DNA from: Candidatus Thorarchaeota archaeon
GTDB taxonomy: Archaea > Asgardarchaeota > Heimdallarchaeia > Hodarchaeales > Hodarchaeaceae
Direction of reading: 5' to 3'
DNA: 32,000 nucleotides
NCBI GenBank assembly: GCA_048882505.1
Contig: JBHLRO010000011.1
Coordinates: 60,001 to 92,000, forward strand
The notes below the pieces were generated by a model. It worked only from the letters and a program-made list of their open reading frames with translations. It ran no database searches and was not told where the DNA came from. The position numbers and the translations under genes are program-made. This document shows, one piece after another, positions 1 through 7,062 of the stretch. Every line of letters begins with the position of its first letter. Within the stretch, counting starts at the first letter, position 1.

Positions 1-263
1 CAAATGTGACCACAAAAGGACTAATCCAATATAGAAATGTCTTCTTTTTAGGGAATAATTCCGTTCTAGGGAAAGCAACGTTGGCGGATTCATTTTTGGA
101 AAACCTCCGACTCATTTTGATAGCTGTTTTAGGTATCATAATTCGCGATACAATATTTTTTTGTTTTATGAACTCTAATCTATAGTATATCCTACCAGAA
201 GCTCACTGTTAGATTCAGCAGGTTACTGGGGGCCAATTCCAGGTATTCTATTCAGCCTTTGAG

Positions 264-473
264 TTAGGATCTTGTTCCTCTTATCAGGAGCACTCCAACG
301 ATTAAAAAGCCAACCCCCCAAACTGACCAGGGGATCATCGCTGTTGGATCGAAAGGTAACTTAAGCATCAATCCTCTCGTTGTAAATAAGAATAGGAATA
401 AAGCAATGCTAATTAGTCCCCATCCCAGAATCATGGTATAGGTGAGCTGAAATTCCTCCTTTGGTTCTTTCAC
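264..473 (-). CDS. small two-TM membrane protein (69 aa, GTG start)
   Basis: Two hydrophobic segments. A TTTTTAAA TATA lies 45 nt upstream on the minus strand (518-525). The N-terminus MKEPKEEFQLTY resembles MKKPKVDLWITY at 3776, which has the same TATA spacing. Confidence 0.5.
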   Translation of the reverse strand: MKEPKEEFQLTYTMILGWGLISIALFLFLFTTRGLMLKLPFDPTAMIPWSVWGVGFLIVGVLLIRGTRS

Positions 474-517
474 CGCAATCCCTGCAATCCTTGATCTTAG
501 GTATAGGGAATTAGACC

Positions 518-525
518 TTTAAAAA
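518..525 (-). promoter_or_regulatory. divergent TATA box (TTTTTAAA on minus strand)
   Basis: Conserved at 3821-3828. Both copies lie 45 nt from a GTG start (473 and 3776). Confidence 0.55.
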
Positions 526-730
526 TTCATGCATTTTTTCATCTGTTGTTTCTTTTTGGAATCTGATTCAATTCTTAAATATCAAGGTTCGGGTTGTGTG
601 CGTTCCAACAAGAGTTCCTACAGTTATCTGAGAAGCCTATTGCCTGATTGAAGAAAAAGCACTCTCTTTTATCTTCCTCAGATCTGGGTAGTGGGGGGGA
701 GTGAAGGTTGGGAGACGATTCGTTTTTGGC

Positions 731-744
731 CAAAGATTTTTAAA
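731..744 (+). promoter_or_regulatory. BRE/TATA promoter CAAAGATTTTTAAA
   Basis: Archaeal TATA-like box with a purine-rich BRE. It is conserved at 3911-3925 and 4856-4870, and each copy ends 53 nt before an SD-preceded start codon. Confidence 0.65.
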
Positions 745-796
745 TCAGATTTAGCTACCATGGGACTAAATCTTTTCACCGTGAGAAGGAGGATTG

Positions 797-910
797 TTGA
801 GTGTGGCGGATCTAAAGACAGAAATCCATGATAACCTCCTGTACAATCTTGGTATTCCCTTATTGAGCCTGATTGCTGTTTTGAAATCGGTCTTCGGAGG
901 GGATGCGTAA
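797..910 (+). CDS. unannotated 37-aa small protein/leader peptide, copy 1 (MSVADLKTEIHDNLLYNLGIPLLSLIAVLKSVFGGDA)
   Basis: AGGAGG SD followed by a TTG start. The stop lies 2 nt before the SBP ATG. Same length and conserved residues as the ORF at 3978-4091. Confidence 0.55.
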   Translation: MSVADLKTEIHDNLLYNLGIPLLSLIAVLKSVFGGDA

Positions 911-912
911 AA

Positions 913-2724
913 ATGAAAAGGAAAGCGTTCTTTCTATTACTAGGACTGAACATTCTTTTTCTTTTACTTCCTATAAGTCTAATGAATATCTCAGATACTA
1001 ATCCTGAATCTGTTTTGGCTGCGCCTACAGCGCCTACTATCGATTCCCTAGTTATTATCCACACCCAATCGACCGATTTTGTGGGCTACGTGATTGGGGC
1101 CTTTCGAAACTGGTATAATGCTAAGTACGGGATTTCCATCATAGTCGATAACATTGAAATGACCTCTTCTGCTGCCTCAGCTCAGGTTTCGACCTGGGGT
1201 GGTGCTCCACTTGCCGACGTTTGGTGGGGGGGAGGAGAGTTTGAGTTTGAGATACGTCGGAACGAAGGAGGTCTTTTAGAACCTTACCGCGTTTTGGAAG
1301 ATGTGAATATCGCTTCATATTTATCCGGATGGCATTTGAAAGATGATTCGGGTGACTTTAGCGATCCTGTCTGGTATGGCGCGGCCCTTTCAGGATTTGG
1401 AATCATGTATAATACCGAATACCTGGCTGCCAACGGATTGGAGATTCCGAGAACGTGGGGCGATTTAACTAACCACTCGTACAAAGGACACATTACGATG
1501 GCTAGTCCACAGTTTAGTGGCTTAACTACCGCGACAGTGAAAATGCTACTTCAAGAGTTTAACACTCAAGCAGATAGTGGTAAGCTGGATTATAGCGGAA
1601 ATGCATCAGAAGGGTGGAGTTTCTGGGCGAAAATAGCAGGAAACATGGGAGAATTTGCATCATCTAGCTCCAAGGTTCCCCGAAACGTGTTTGAAGGAAC
1701 TTATGGGATTGGCATTACGATTGATTATTTCGCCTGGGATTATATCGCGTTGAGCTCAGCGATCGGATTCACATATGGTGGGGTATCCACCTTCAGCCCA
1801 GACCCTGCGGCTGTGCTTACTGGTGCACCAAACATGGTTCAAGGGAAACGGTTCATGGATTATCTTACGAGTACCGAAGGACAGGTCAAGCTAGGTAAAT
1901 ATCGAATTCCTGTCAATAGAGAAGCGGTCCCTGAAAGTACTCGGATCCCGCGAGCGTGGGATGCCACAGGAAACATTAATCCGATGTTTCCATTGCTTGA
2001 TCCATTCAATGTTTCCGTTGATAGCTTAATTCATTCTAGAGCACGAGAACTCTTTGCTTATTGGTTTGTATTAGGACAGAACGCTCAGAAGGCCGCAGAT
2101 GCATATGATGCGATTGGAAAAGCCACCGATGCTATTGCAAGGACCAAAGCCCTTGCGTTATATACAAAATTGCCTTCAACTTATGATGGTACGCTTGGAG
2201 ATTTGAGAGCTCAAAATTATACTGATCCAGCGATTCGAAATCTTTGGGCAACGGAAGGTGCGTTCCATTTTGACGCGGCCAAAACAGAAGCCCAAACTAT
2301 CATAGATCAATTTGCGCCTGAAATTGGGCTCCAATCTCCTCTTGTAAATGAAACAACTTATCCTCCAGAGACTACTATAACTCTATATATCGTCGATGAC
2401 AATCCAATTAGCCAAGTGCTCTATCATTGGGATACTGAACCCAACAGCACTCTTCCGTTCCCATATAGCATTACACTTCCCTCAACGAATGGGACCCATA
2501 TCCTGAAGGTCTTTGCCAAGGATACTTTAGGAAATGAGGGCCAAGCAGTGTTTGTTTTTCAAGTAAACATTTATTCAACCCTACCTTCTGAACAATCTAC
2601 AACGTCGAAGCCGACTAAAACTACTGAAATAACGGAGTTACAATTGGGATTGATCGAAATAGTCACTGTCAGCTCATGTTTGGGGCTCTCAAGGTTTTAT
2701 GGCAAAAAACAGAAGAAAATATGA
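913..2724 (+). CDS. ABC transporter substrate-binding protein (AfuA/Fe3+-thiamine-polyamine type) with C-terminal Ig-like module and membrane anchor
   Basis: N-terminal signal peptide. SBP motifs DVWWGGG, GFGIMYN, GITIDY, PDPAAVL and RFMDYLTS.EGQ. These are followed by a beta-rich module (GTHILKVFAKDTLGN), an S/T-rich linker, a hydrophobic segment and a basic tail. Confidence 0.85.
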   Translation: MKRKAFFLLLGLNILFLLLPISLMNISDTNPESVLAAPTAPTIDSLVIIHTQSTDFVGYVIGAFRNWYNAKYGISIIVDNIEMTSSAASAQVSTWGGAPLADVWWGGGEFEFEIRRNEGGLLEPYRVLEDVNIASYLSGWHLKDDSGDFSDPVWYGAALSGFGIMYNTEYLAANGLEIPRTWGDLTNHSYKGHITMASPQFSGLTTATVKMLLQEFNTQADSGKLDYSGNASEGWSFWAKIAGNMGEFASSSSKVPRNVFEGTYGIGITIDYFAWDYIALSSAIGFTYGGVSTFSPDPAAVLTGAPNMVQGKRFMDYLTSTEGQVKLGKYRIPVNREAVPESTRIPRAWDATGNINPMFPLLDPFNVSVDSLIHSRARELFAYWFVLGQNAQKAADAYDAIGKATDAIARTKALALYTKLPSTYDGTLGDLRAQNYTDPAIRNLWATEGAFHFDAAKTEAQTIIDQFAPEIGLQSPLVNETTYPPETTITLYIVDDNPISQVLYHWDTEPNSTLPFPYSITLPSTNGTHILKVFAKDTLGNEGQAVFVFQVNIYSTLPSEQSTTSKPTKTTEITELQLGLIEIVTVSSCLGLSRFYGKKQKKI

Positions 2725-2897
2725 AATGGTTAATTTGGAAACAGATGGGTAGATCCTAAATTCACAGTTCAGATCGGGTATAAAGTGGAAGTCCGCAAAT
2801 TAAATATCGAGATTACCATTGAACTCAAATCTAAGACGATTTAATGGATTTCTGCGTGATAAAAGAGCCTATGACCCGAATAGAAGGTCAGTTTTTT
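2724..2897 (+). repeat. downstream element copy D1
   Basis: 2747-2761 matches 5457-5471 at 14/15 nt. 2806-2897 aligns with 4663-4758, and the hairpin part matches at 25/29 nt. Confidence 0.8.
2863..2897 (+). terminator. hairpin (TGACC...GGTCA) + T-tract, candidate terminator
   Basis: 5-bp perfect stem followed by T6. It lies between the convergent genes 913-2724 and 3007-3666, and a second copy sits at 4721-4758. Confidence 0.45.
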
Positions 2898-3006
2898 GAT
2901 GACAAAGAACTTCCTAAAATCTTATGAGAATAATGCTGTTTTTTGGAATTTCCGATCTTATAGGTGACATTATGCAGGGTATCAGATCTCCGATAATCCC
3001 ACTGGA

Positions 3007-3666
3007 TTATGAACAAAAGCCAAAGAATAAAGGAAACATAACCTGGACAGAAGCAATAAGGAGTCCAAGGAACATCCCAATGTGTATAACGATTGCTATG
3101 ATTGCGTCCCTGGTAGAATTTATCTCCATATCAATCATCCGGTCGATTCCATGCCTCCCGATATAAAGACTTTGAACAAAAACGGCAGTAATCAATACGG
3201 GGCCAAAAATGAGAGAAGGAAGAAGAACGGGGAATTTAAAGATCCCATTTCCTCTGCCGGTCCAGTTAAGGTCTATAACATCGATGGCATCGGCTCGAAT
3301 ACCGTAAACCAGGAATATAGAGGCAATGAATCCCAAGAATAAGCCGATTAGGAAGATAAAACGCCATTTCCCCCCATGAGAAATGTACCGAGTGAACCCA
3401 CCCAGTCCAAGACCTGTTGGTACAGCGATAAAAATCAAAAGCAGCTCTGAAACGAAAGGATTCATATCGAAGTACAGACAATGATCTTTATACTGAATCC
3501 ACCATAAGCTCTGAGCTATCACCACTTTCTCGTCTACCCCAATGGGATCTGGAGGCCACGGGAGAATGGGGAAGAATAACAGATCAAGCAATATGCTAAG
3601 ATAAGATAAAAAGCCGAGTATCCCGAGGAAAAGCCCGAATACCGCAGTCAGTTCGCGCATCTGCAT
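3007..3666 (-). CDS. hypothetical multi-pass membrane protein
   Basis: 219-aa ORF with about 5 hydrophobic segments and no recognised family. Confidence 0.7.
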   Translation of the reverse strand: MQMRELTAVFGLFLGILGFLSYLSILLDLLFFPILPWPPDPIGVDEKVVIAQSLWWIQYKDHCLYFDMNPFVSELLLIFIAVPTGLGLGGFTRYISHGGKWRFIFLIGLFLGFIASIFLVYGIRADAIDVIDLNWTGRGNGIFKFPVLLPSLIFGPVLITAVFVQSLYIGRHGIDRMIDMEINSTRDAIIAIVIHIGMFLGLLIASVQVMFPLFFGFCS

Positions 3667-3776
3667 GTGTTTAACTTTCCATTTACGAAATTTGGCGGTA
3701 GACCTCCCGTATCGAACGCTTTATAGATTTCGAGAACATCGTAAGTAATCCAAAGATCCACCTTTGGTTTTTTCAC
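3648..3776 (-). CDS. putative 42-aa ORF (MKKPKVDLWITYDVLEIYKAFDTGGLPPNFVNGKLNTCRCAN), or frameshifted 5' part of 3007-3666
   Basis: GTG start in the same context and at the same TATA spacing as the 473 start. It overlaps the 3666 start by 19 nt. Confidence 0.3.
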   Translation of the reverse strand: MKKPKVDLWITYDVLEIYKAFDTGGLPPNFVNGKLNTCRCAN

Positions 3777-4091
3777 CTCAATCCCTTCAAACGTTGACAG
3801 GTATAAAAGCGTGGTAGACATTTAAAAATCTTTCATTTTCCCATTGTAGGTCTTCTTTTGGAATCTGGTTTAGTTCTGGATTGATAACTGGGAGACGAAT
3901 CATCTTTGACCAAAGGTTTTTTAAAGTACATTTGGCTATTATGGGACTAAATCTTTTCACCTTGAGAAGGAGGATTGATGATTGTGGCTCATTTGGAGGT
4001 TGTCATCCAGGATAAAACATTTGAAAATCTGGCTATTTTCTTACAGACTCCGATTATGATGTTGGTTTGGGTAGGGGTGTCGAATTTCTGA
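3757..4091. repeat. upstream element copy U2
   Basis: Aligns with U1 on both arms but lacks about 120 nt of U1 (590-709, bounded by AAGGTT direct repeats at 584-589 and 704-709). Confidence 0.85.
3978..4091 (+). CDS. unannotated 37-aa small protein/leader peptide, copy 2 (MIVAHLEVVIQDKTFENLAIFLQTPIMMLVWVGVSNF)
   Basis: AGGAGG SD followed by ATG. The stop falls at codon 38, exactly as in copy 1. Confidence 0.55.
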   Translation: MIVAHLEVVIQDKTFENLAIFLQTPIMMLVWVGVSNF

Positions 4092-4311
4092 TTTGGCATC
4101 AAACAAATATCTGGCCGCAATATGAAGCGCAACAAGGTTTGACAATGTGGTTAGCTTTTACTTCTTTGCTCATAGTCGTCTCGGTGTTGGAGCTAGGGGC
4201 AAATATTAAGGTTAAATTTGAACCAAGATGCCAGTGAGGATGTAATTTGAACAAATATTCGATTAAGGTTACTTATGAGATGTTAAAACCCTCCTCAGAA
4301 AATTTAAAGGG

Positions 4312-4605
4312 GTGAATGAGCTGAAAAAGAAATATAGAATCATTGAATTGATCCTCATCGGTGGTATGCTGCTAATTTCCGCAAATCCTCTGGTTCCTGC
4401 CTCGGGTCCCCAACAGAAGGAACTAAAAAGTGTTCCTTATCAAAAATTGGCGGAAAGGATTGAAATGGAGAATTCGGGAACTTCAAACGGTACAGCCAGT
4501 CCCACAAGTCAAGTTATAAGTCCAAGGGAGCCGTTTTCATTACTTCTATTGATAGTCCTAATCCATCTTTTCGAAAGGTGGAGGAATCCAAGAAAAGGAG
4601 GGTAA
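4312..4605 (+). CDS. small secreted/surface protein: signal peptide, S/T-rich linker, C-terminal hydrophobic anchor with basic tail
   Basis: MNELKKKYRIIELILIGGMLLISANP is signal-like. The C-terminus is PFSLLLLIVLIHLFERWRNPRKGG. Confidence 0.55.
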   Translation: MNELKKKYRIIELILIGGMLLISANPLVPASGPQQKELKSVPYQKLAERIEMENSGTSNGTASPTSQVISPREPFSLLLLIVLIHLFERWRNPRKGG

Positions 4606-4758
4606 ACACCTGATGAGGTAACGGCCCATGATCAGCATAAAGCGTTGTTACGGAAACCGAACATGGAGATTACCACTTAACTTAATTTTAGTCAGACTAG
4701 AGTGAATTTCTAATAGGTTGAAGAGCCTATGATCCGAGCGGAAGGTCAGGCTTTTTTT
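4575..4758 (+). repeat. downstream element copy D2, ending in hairpin GCCTATGATC...GGTCAGGC + T7
   Basis: Aligns with D1 2806-2897. The 5' part (GGGTAAACACCTGATGAGG) resembles D3 (GGGTAGATCCGAAATGAGG). The 5' boundary is approximate. Confidence 0.75.
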
Positions 4759-4809
4759 ATTCATCCTAAATCGGAAAATAAAACCAGAAGGTAAAAGCCG
4801 TAAAGGCTA

Positions 4810-5041
4810 TCATCCTTGAGGGAGGGAAAAACGGGAGATTAGGGTAAAGATGCATCAAAGATTTTTTAAATTGCATTCACCTTGTTTTTGACTAGTTCTC
4901 TTCTCCTTGAGATGGAGGATTGATGAGGATGGCTGAATTGGAATTTGATATCCGTGACAGGGGTTTCATAATATAGCTCATTTACTATTGCCTCCGGTTA
5001 TGACCCTGCAAAAACAGTCTTCTATGAATAAGAGGAAATAA
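4810..5041 (+). repeat. upstream element copy U3 (right arm only)
   Basis: CAAAGATTTTTTAAA at 4856-4870 and TTGAGATGGAGGATTGATG at about 4907-4925. Same 53-nt TATA-to-start spacing as U1 and U2. Confidence 0.7.
4923..5041 (+). pseudogene. third copy of the small ORF, frameshifted by a 1-nt deletion near 4968
   Basis: Reads MRMAELEFDIRDRGFII* as written. Restoring one base after codon 15 gives ...GFxNIAHLLLPPVMTLQKQSSMNKRK* (39 aa), which aligns with copies 1 and 2 and ends 6 nt before the 5048 ATG. Confidence 0.5.
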
Positions 5042-5047
5042 AACAAC

Positions 5048-5404
5048 ATGACATCATTCAATTTGGTACGATTTGACTGTCCATGTGGAAATTCGGTCGA
5101 AGCTTTCTTGCCCCAGAGTATTTGCACCTGGTTGGATCCCGCTCTGGTAGAACAGTTACTCGACCGTAGCCTCTTCTCTGTGGTCTGTAAATCCTGTCAA
5201 AACGTCATTGAGATTAGCACGGTGGTTTTGATGAATACCCCGCGAGGAATGTGGTATTTACGCACCGATCGCGACATTGCTGAGATAAAAACGTTCCTCT
5301 TCAGATCAGATGTGGCTGATGAAGAAGGAAATGTTTATTCACCCCAAGAAATGATGGAAAAGTTAGAATCCCATAAAAGAAACAAGACATATCAAAAAAG
5401 CTAA
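5048..5404 (+). CDS. CpXC domain zinc-binding protein
   Basis: CPCG...DPALVEQLLDRSLFSVVCKSC fits the CpXC (PF14353-like) pattern as I recall it. Confidence 0.75.
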   Translation: MTSFNLVRFDCPCGNSVEAFLPQSICTWLDPALVEQLLDRSLFSVVCKSCQNVIEISTVVLMNTPRGMWYLRTDRDIAEIKTFLFRSDVADEEGNVYSPQEMMEKLESHKRNKTYQKS

Positions 5405-5429
5405 ATACCTTTAAAGCAATTCATCAGGC

Positions 5430-5478
5430 AAAAATGGCTTGAATAACCAAACTACGGGGTAGATCCGAAATGAGGGCG
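5430..5478 (+). repeat. downstream element copy D3 (5' part only)
   Basis: AAATGG...AAT....AAAC....GGGTAGATCC.AAAT has the same spacing as in D1 2724-2761. Confidence 0.65.
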
Positions 5479-5501
5479 ATCTCTTTGTATCATACCCAAG
5501 T

Positions 5502-5990
5502 TTACACAGCAATTCTGAGAGTTTGAGAAAGATATTGATCTCTTATTTCCGAGTCTGTTCTACTTAAAATAGTAGAAACATAAGCTTCTCTTTCATGCCA
5601 AAAGATCTCTAAGTCCCATACACAAAATGATTCTTCAGCTTGTGCTTGTTGCCATTCATTCCCGTTATGGATAAATACCTTTGTCGGTAACTCATTCTCC
5701 CGATCCCACCAGCATAGAACTACATAATTACCAGTTAATCCCTGATGAACGATCAAAAATCCCAAACCAGGGCGTCCAGGGGCCAAAGGAGAAGAAGGAA
5801 GGAAATTAGAAGCAAGTTCAATTCCTTTTTCAAACAGATCCCATTGTATTGGTTTCGAGCCATATAAAACAGAATAAGTTTTAATTTGGAACCCTTTCAG
5901 TTCCCGAATTCCATGAAAATCAATTGTTCTCGGGCGATAAGGAGCATAATCAAGCGAATATTCTCTTTCGTTTTTCATAGTCATCAGCAT
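5502..5990 (-). CDS. conserved hypothetical protein (probable start at 5978)
   Basis: 162-aa ORF with globular composition and motifs GFLIVHQG, WWDRENEL and CVWDLEIFWHEREA. It resembles an uncharacterised bacterial-type family from memory; not verified. Confidence 0.7.
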   Translation of the reverse strand: MLMTMKNEREYSLDYAPYRPRTIDFHGIRELKGFQIKTYSVLYGSKPIQWDLFEKGIELASNFLPSSPLAPGRPGLGFLIVHQGLTGNYVVLCWWDRENELPTKVFIHNGNEWQQAQAEESFCVWDLEIFWHEREAYVSTILSRTDSEIRDQYLSQTLRIAV

Positions 5991-6153
5991 AGTAATATTT
6001 CTTTTATTCCTGATTGAAATCTGTGATAAAAAAGAGGACGATCAAGTCTTGTTCCGTAATGTTTACCCTTCAACCTATATGGCGGCTTTTTGCTATATCA
6101 GAATTGTCAAGGATAAAGAAAGGTCGAGAGGAATTTGACCGACACGTCGTTTT

Positions 6154-6687
6154 TTAGATTTGCTTTGCGAATGTATAGGTTTTATTGCCCTTCTTGACTA
6201 GTTGGAAAAGCCCATCTTTTGATATTTCATGGAGAATCGTATCCTCCGTTAAATGATGATCACTGAACGATAATCTTCCTCTATCCTTTAAGATTCGGTG
6301 CAATTCTTGTAATACACTAAACTGCTCACTTAATGCATGAAAAACATCATAAAACAGGACGACATCAATGGTTTCATTATCAAGGCCCGTCGTACAATTG
6401 GAAAGGATTGTTGTTATGGTATTTTGTAACCCATTCTTAACCGCAGCCTTTTTGACCTGTTCAATGGCAAGAGGATGAATGTCTAAGGCATAAACTTTAC
6501 CTGAAGCTTTTACAATCTGTGCAGCCGCAATAGAAAAACTTCCTGGCCCGCAACCATAATCCAGAATGGATGAATCTGGGCTTAAATCGATTTCACTAAG
6601 AATTTTTGTTGGTGGTGAGAAAAAATCGCGTGCCCTGAACCATAAGGCCATCATTCTGAAGCTAAAATTGCTCTGGGGATTGTCCAT
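6154..6687 (-). CDS. class I SAM-dependent methyltransferase
   Basis: Motif I ILDYGCGPG, then VYALDI, IDVVLFYD and ELHRILKDRG. Confidence 0.9.
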   Translation of the reverse strand: MDNPQSNFSFRMMALWFRARDFFSPPTKILSEIDLSPDSSILDYGCGPGSFSIAAAQIVKASGKVYALDIHPLAIEQVKKAAVKNGLQNTITTILSNCTTGLDNETIDVVLFYDVFHALSEQFSVLQELHRILKDRGRLSFSDHHLTEDTILHEISKDGLFQLVKKGNKTYTFAKQI

Positions 6688-7062
6688 GTTTTTTCAGCAG
6701 TATTGAGACAGAAATATCGTTATAAAAAAGCAATAGGGTGATGGCATAGGAAATAGAGCGGCTTTCACACAATCTTGGTGTACCTAGTGTACAATAATGT
6801 TGTGATGTTGTATGGGAAGGAAAAGTCGAAGTTACCGTTTGAAACGGCCGTAATAGTACTAGAGGGCGTCTATGGGCATCCCAAGATCCTATTGTTTGAT
6901 CGAGAGATCAATTGTTTTGTCATTCTTTGACCGAGAGCTTCAGGGTTTGTGAACAATTGCCGTTTTCGAGTGCATAAGCCTTATAGATTACTGTATTCAC
7001 CCTAAGGAGCTCGTAACGGAATATAAACGAGTCTTACGATGTGAACAAATTAGTGGTTTACG

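Larger units (their letters stand above)
454..910. repeat. upstream element copy U1 (divergent promoter pair + SD + 37-aa ORF)
   Basis: 454-487 matches 3757-3790 at 30/34 nt, and 760-807 matches 3941-3988 at 45/48 nt. 697-715 resembles 4820-4838. Confidence 0.85.

Noticed and set aside
1-185. Partial ORFs at the left edge (minus strand from ATG 139 or 115; plus strand 3-185)
   Set aside because: Both strands are open and too short to decide. The weak resemblance of the plus frame (DSFLENL..LIAVL) to the small-protein family has inconsistent spacing.
678-1064. 128-aa minus-strand ORF whose ILLLxVKRFSP segment recurs near 3940-3990
   Set aside because: It is the antisense shadow of U1 and the SBP 5' end. 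The U2 equivalent has a 1-nt indel in the TATA T-run and an early stop, while the plus-strand reading has the SD and conserved length.
2863-2897. D hairpin as an Asgard/eukaryote-like SECIS (contains ATGA)
   Set aside because: The UGA pairs Watson-Crick with UCA rather than forming a GA/AG quartet, helix II is too short, and no upstream gene has an in-frame TGA at a Cys-like position.
4025-4236. Start-less open frame with a TM-like stretch (MWLAFTSLLIVVSVL) after small-ORF copy 2
   Set aside because: No suitable start or SD and no recognisable homology. It could be a decayed gene remnant but is not supportable.
4610-4660. Hammerhead-ribozyme-like CTGATGA...GAAA with a GTAAC/GTTAC stem II
   Set aside because: The stem II closing pair would be G-G, and no UH cleavage triplet with both stems I and III can be formed in either topology.
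454-5478. U/D elements as integron attC sites or IS200/IS605 ends
   Set aside because: No RYYYAAC...GTTRRRY boundaries, terminal inverted repeats, target-site duplications, tnpA/tnpB or integrase are visible. The array is kept as a finding without assigning a known element class.
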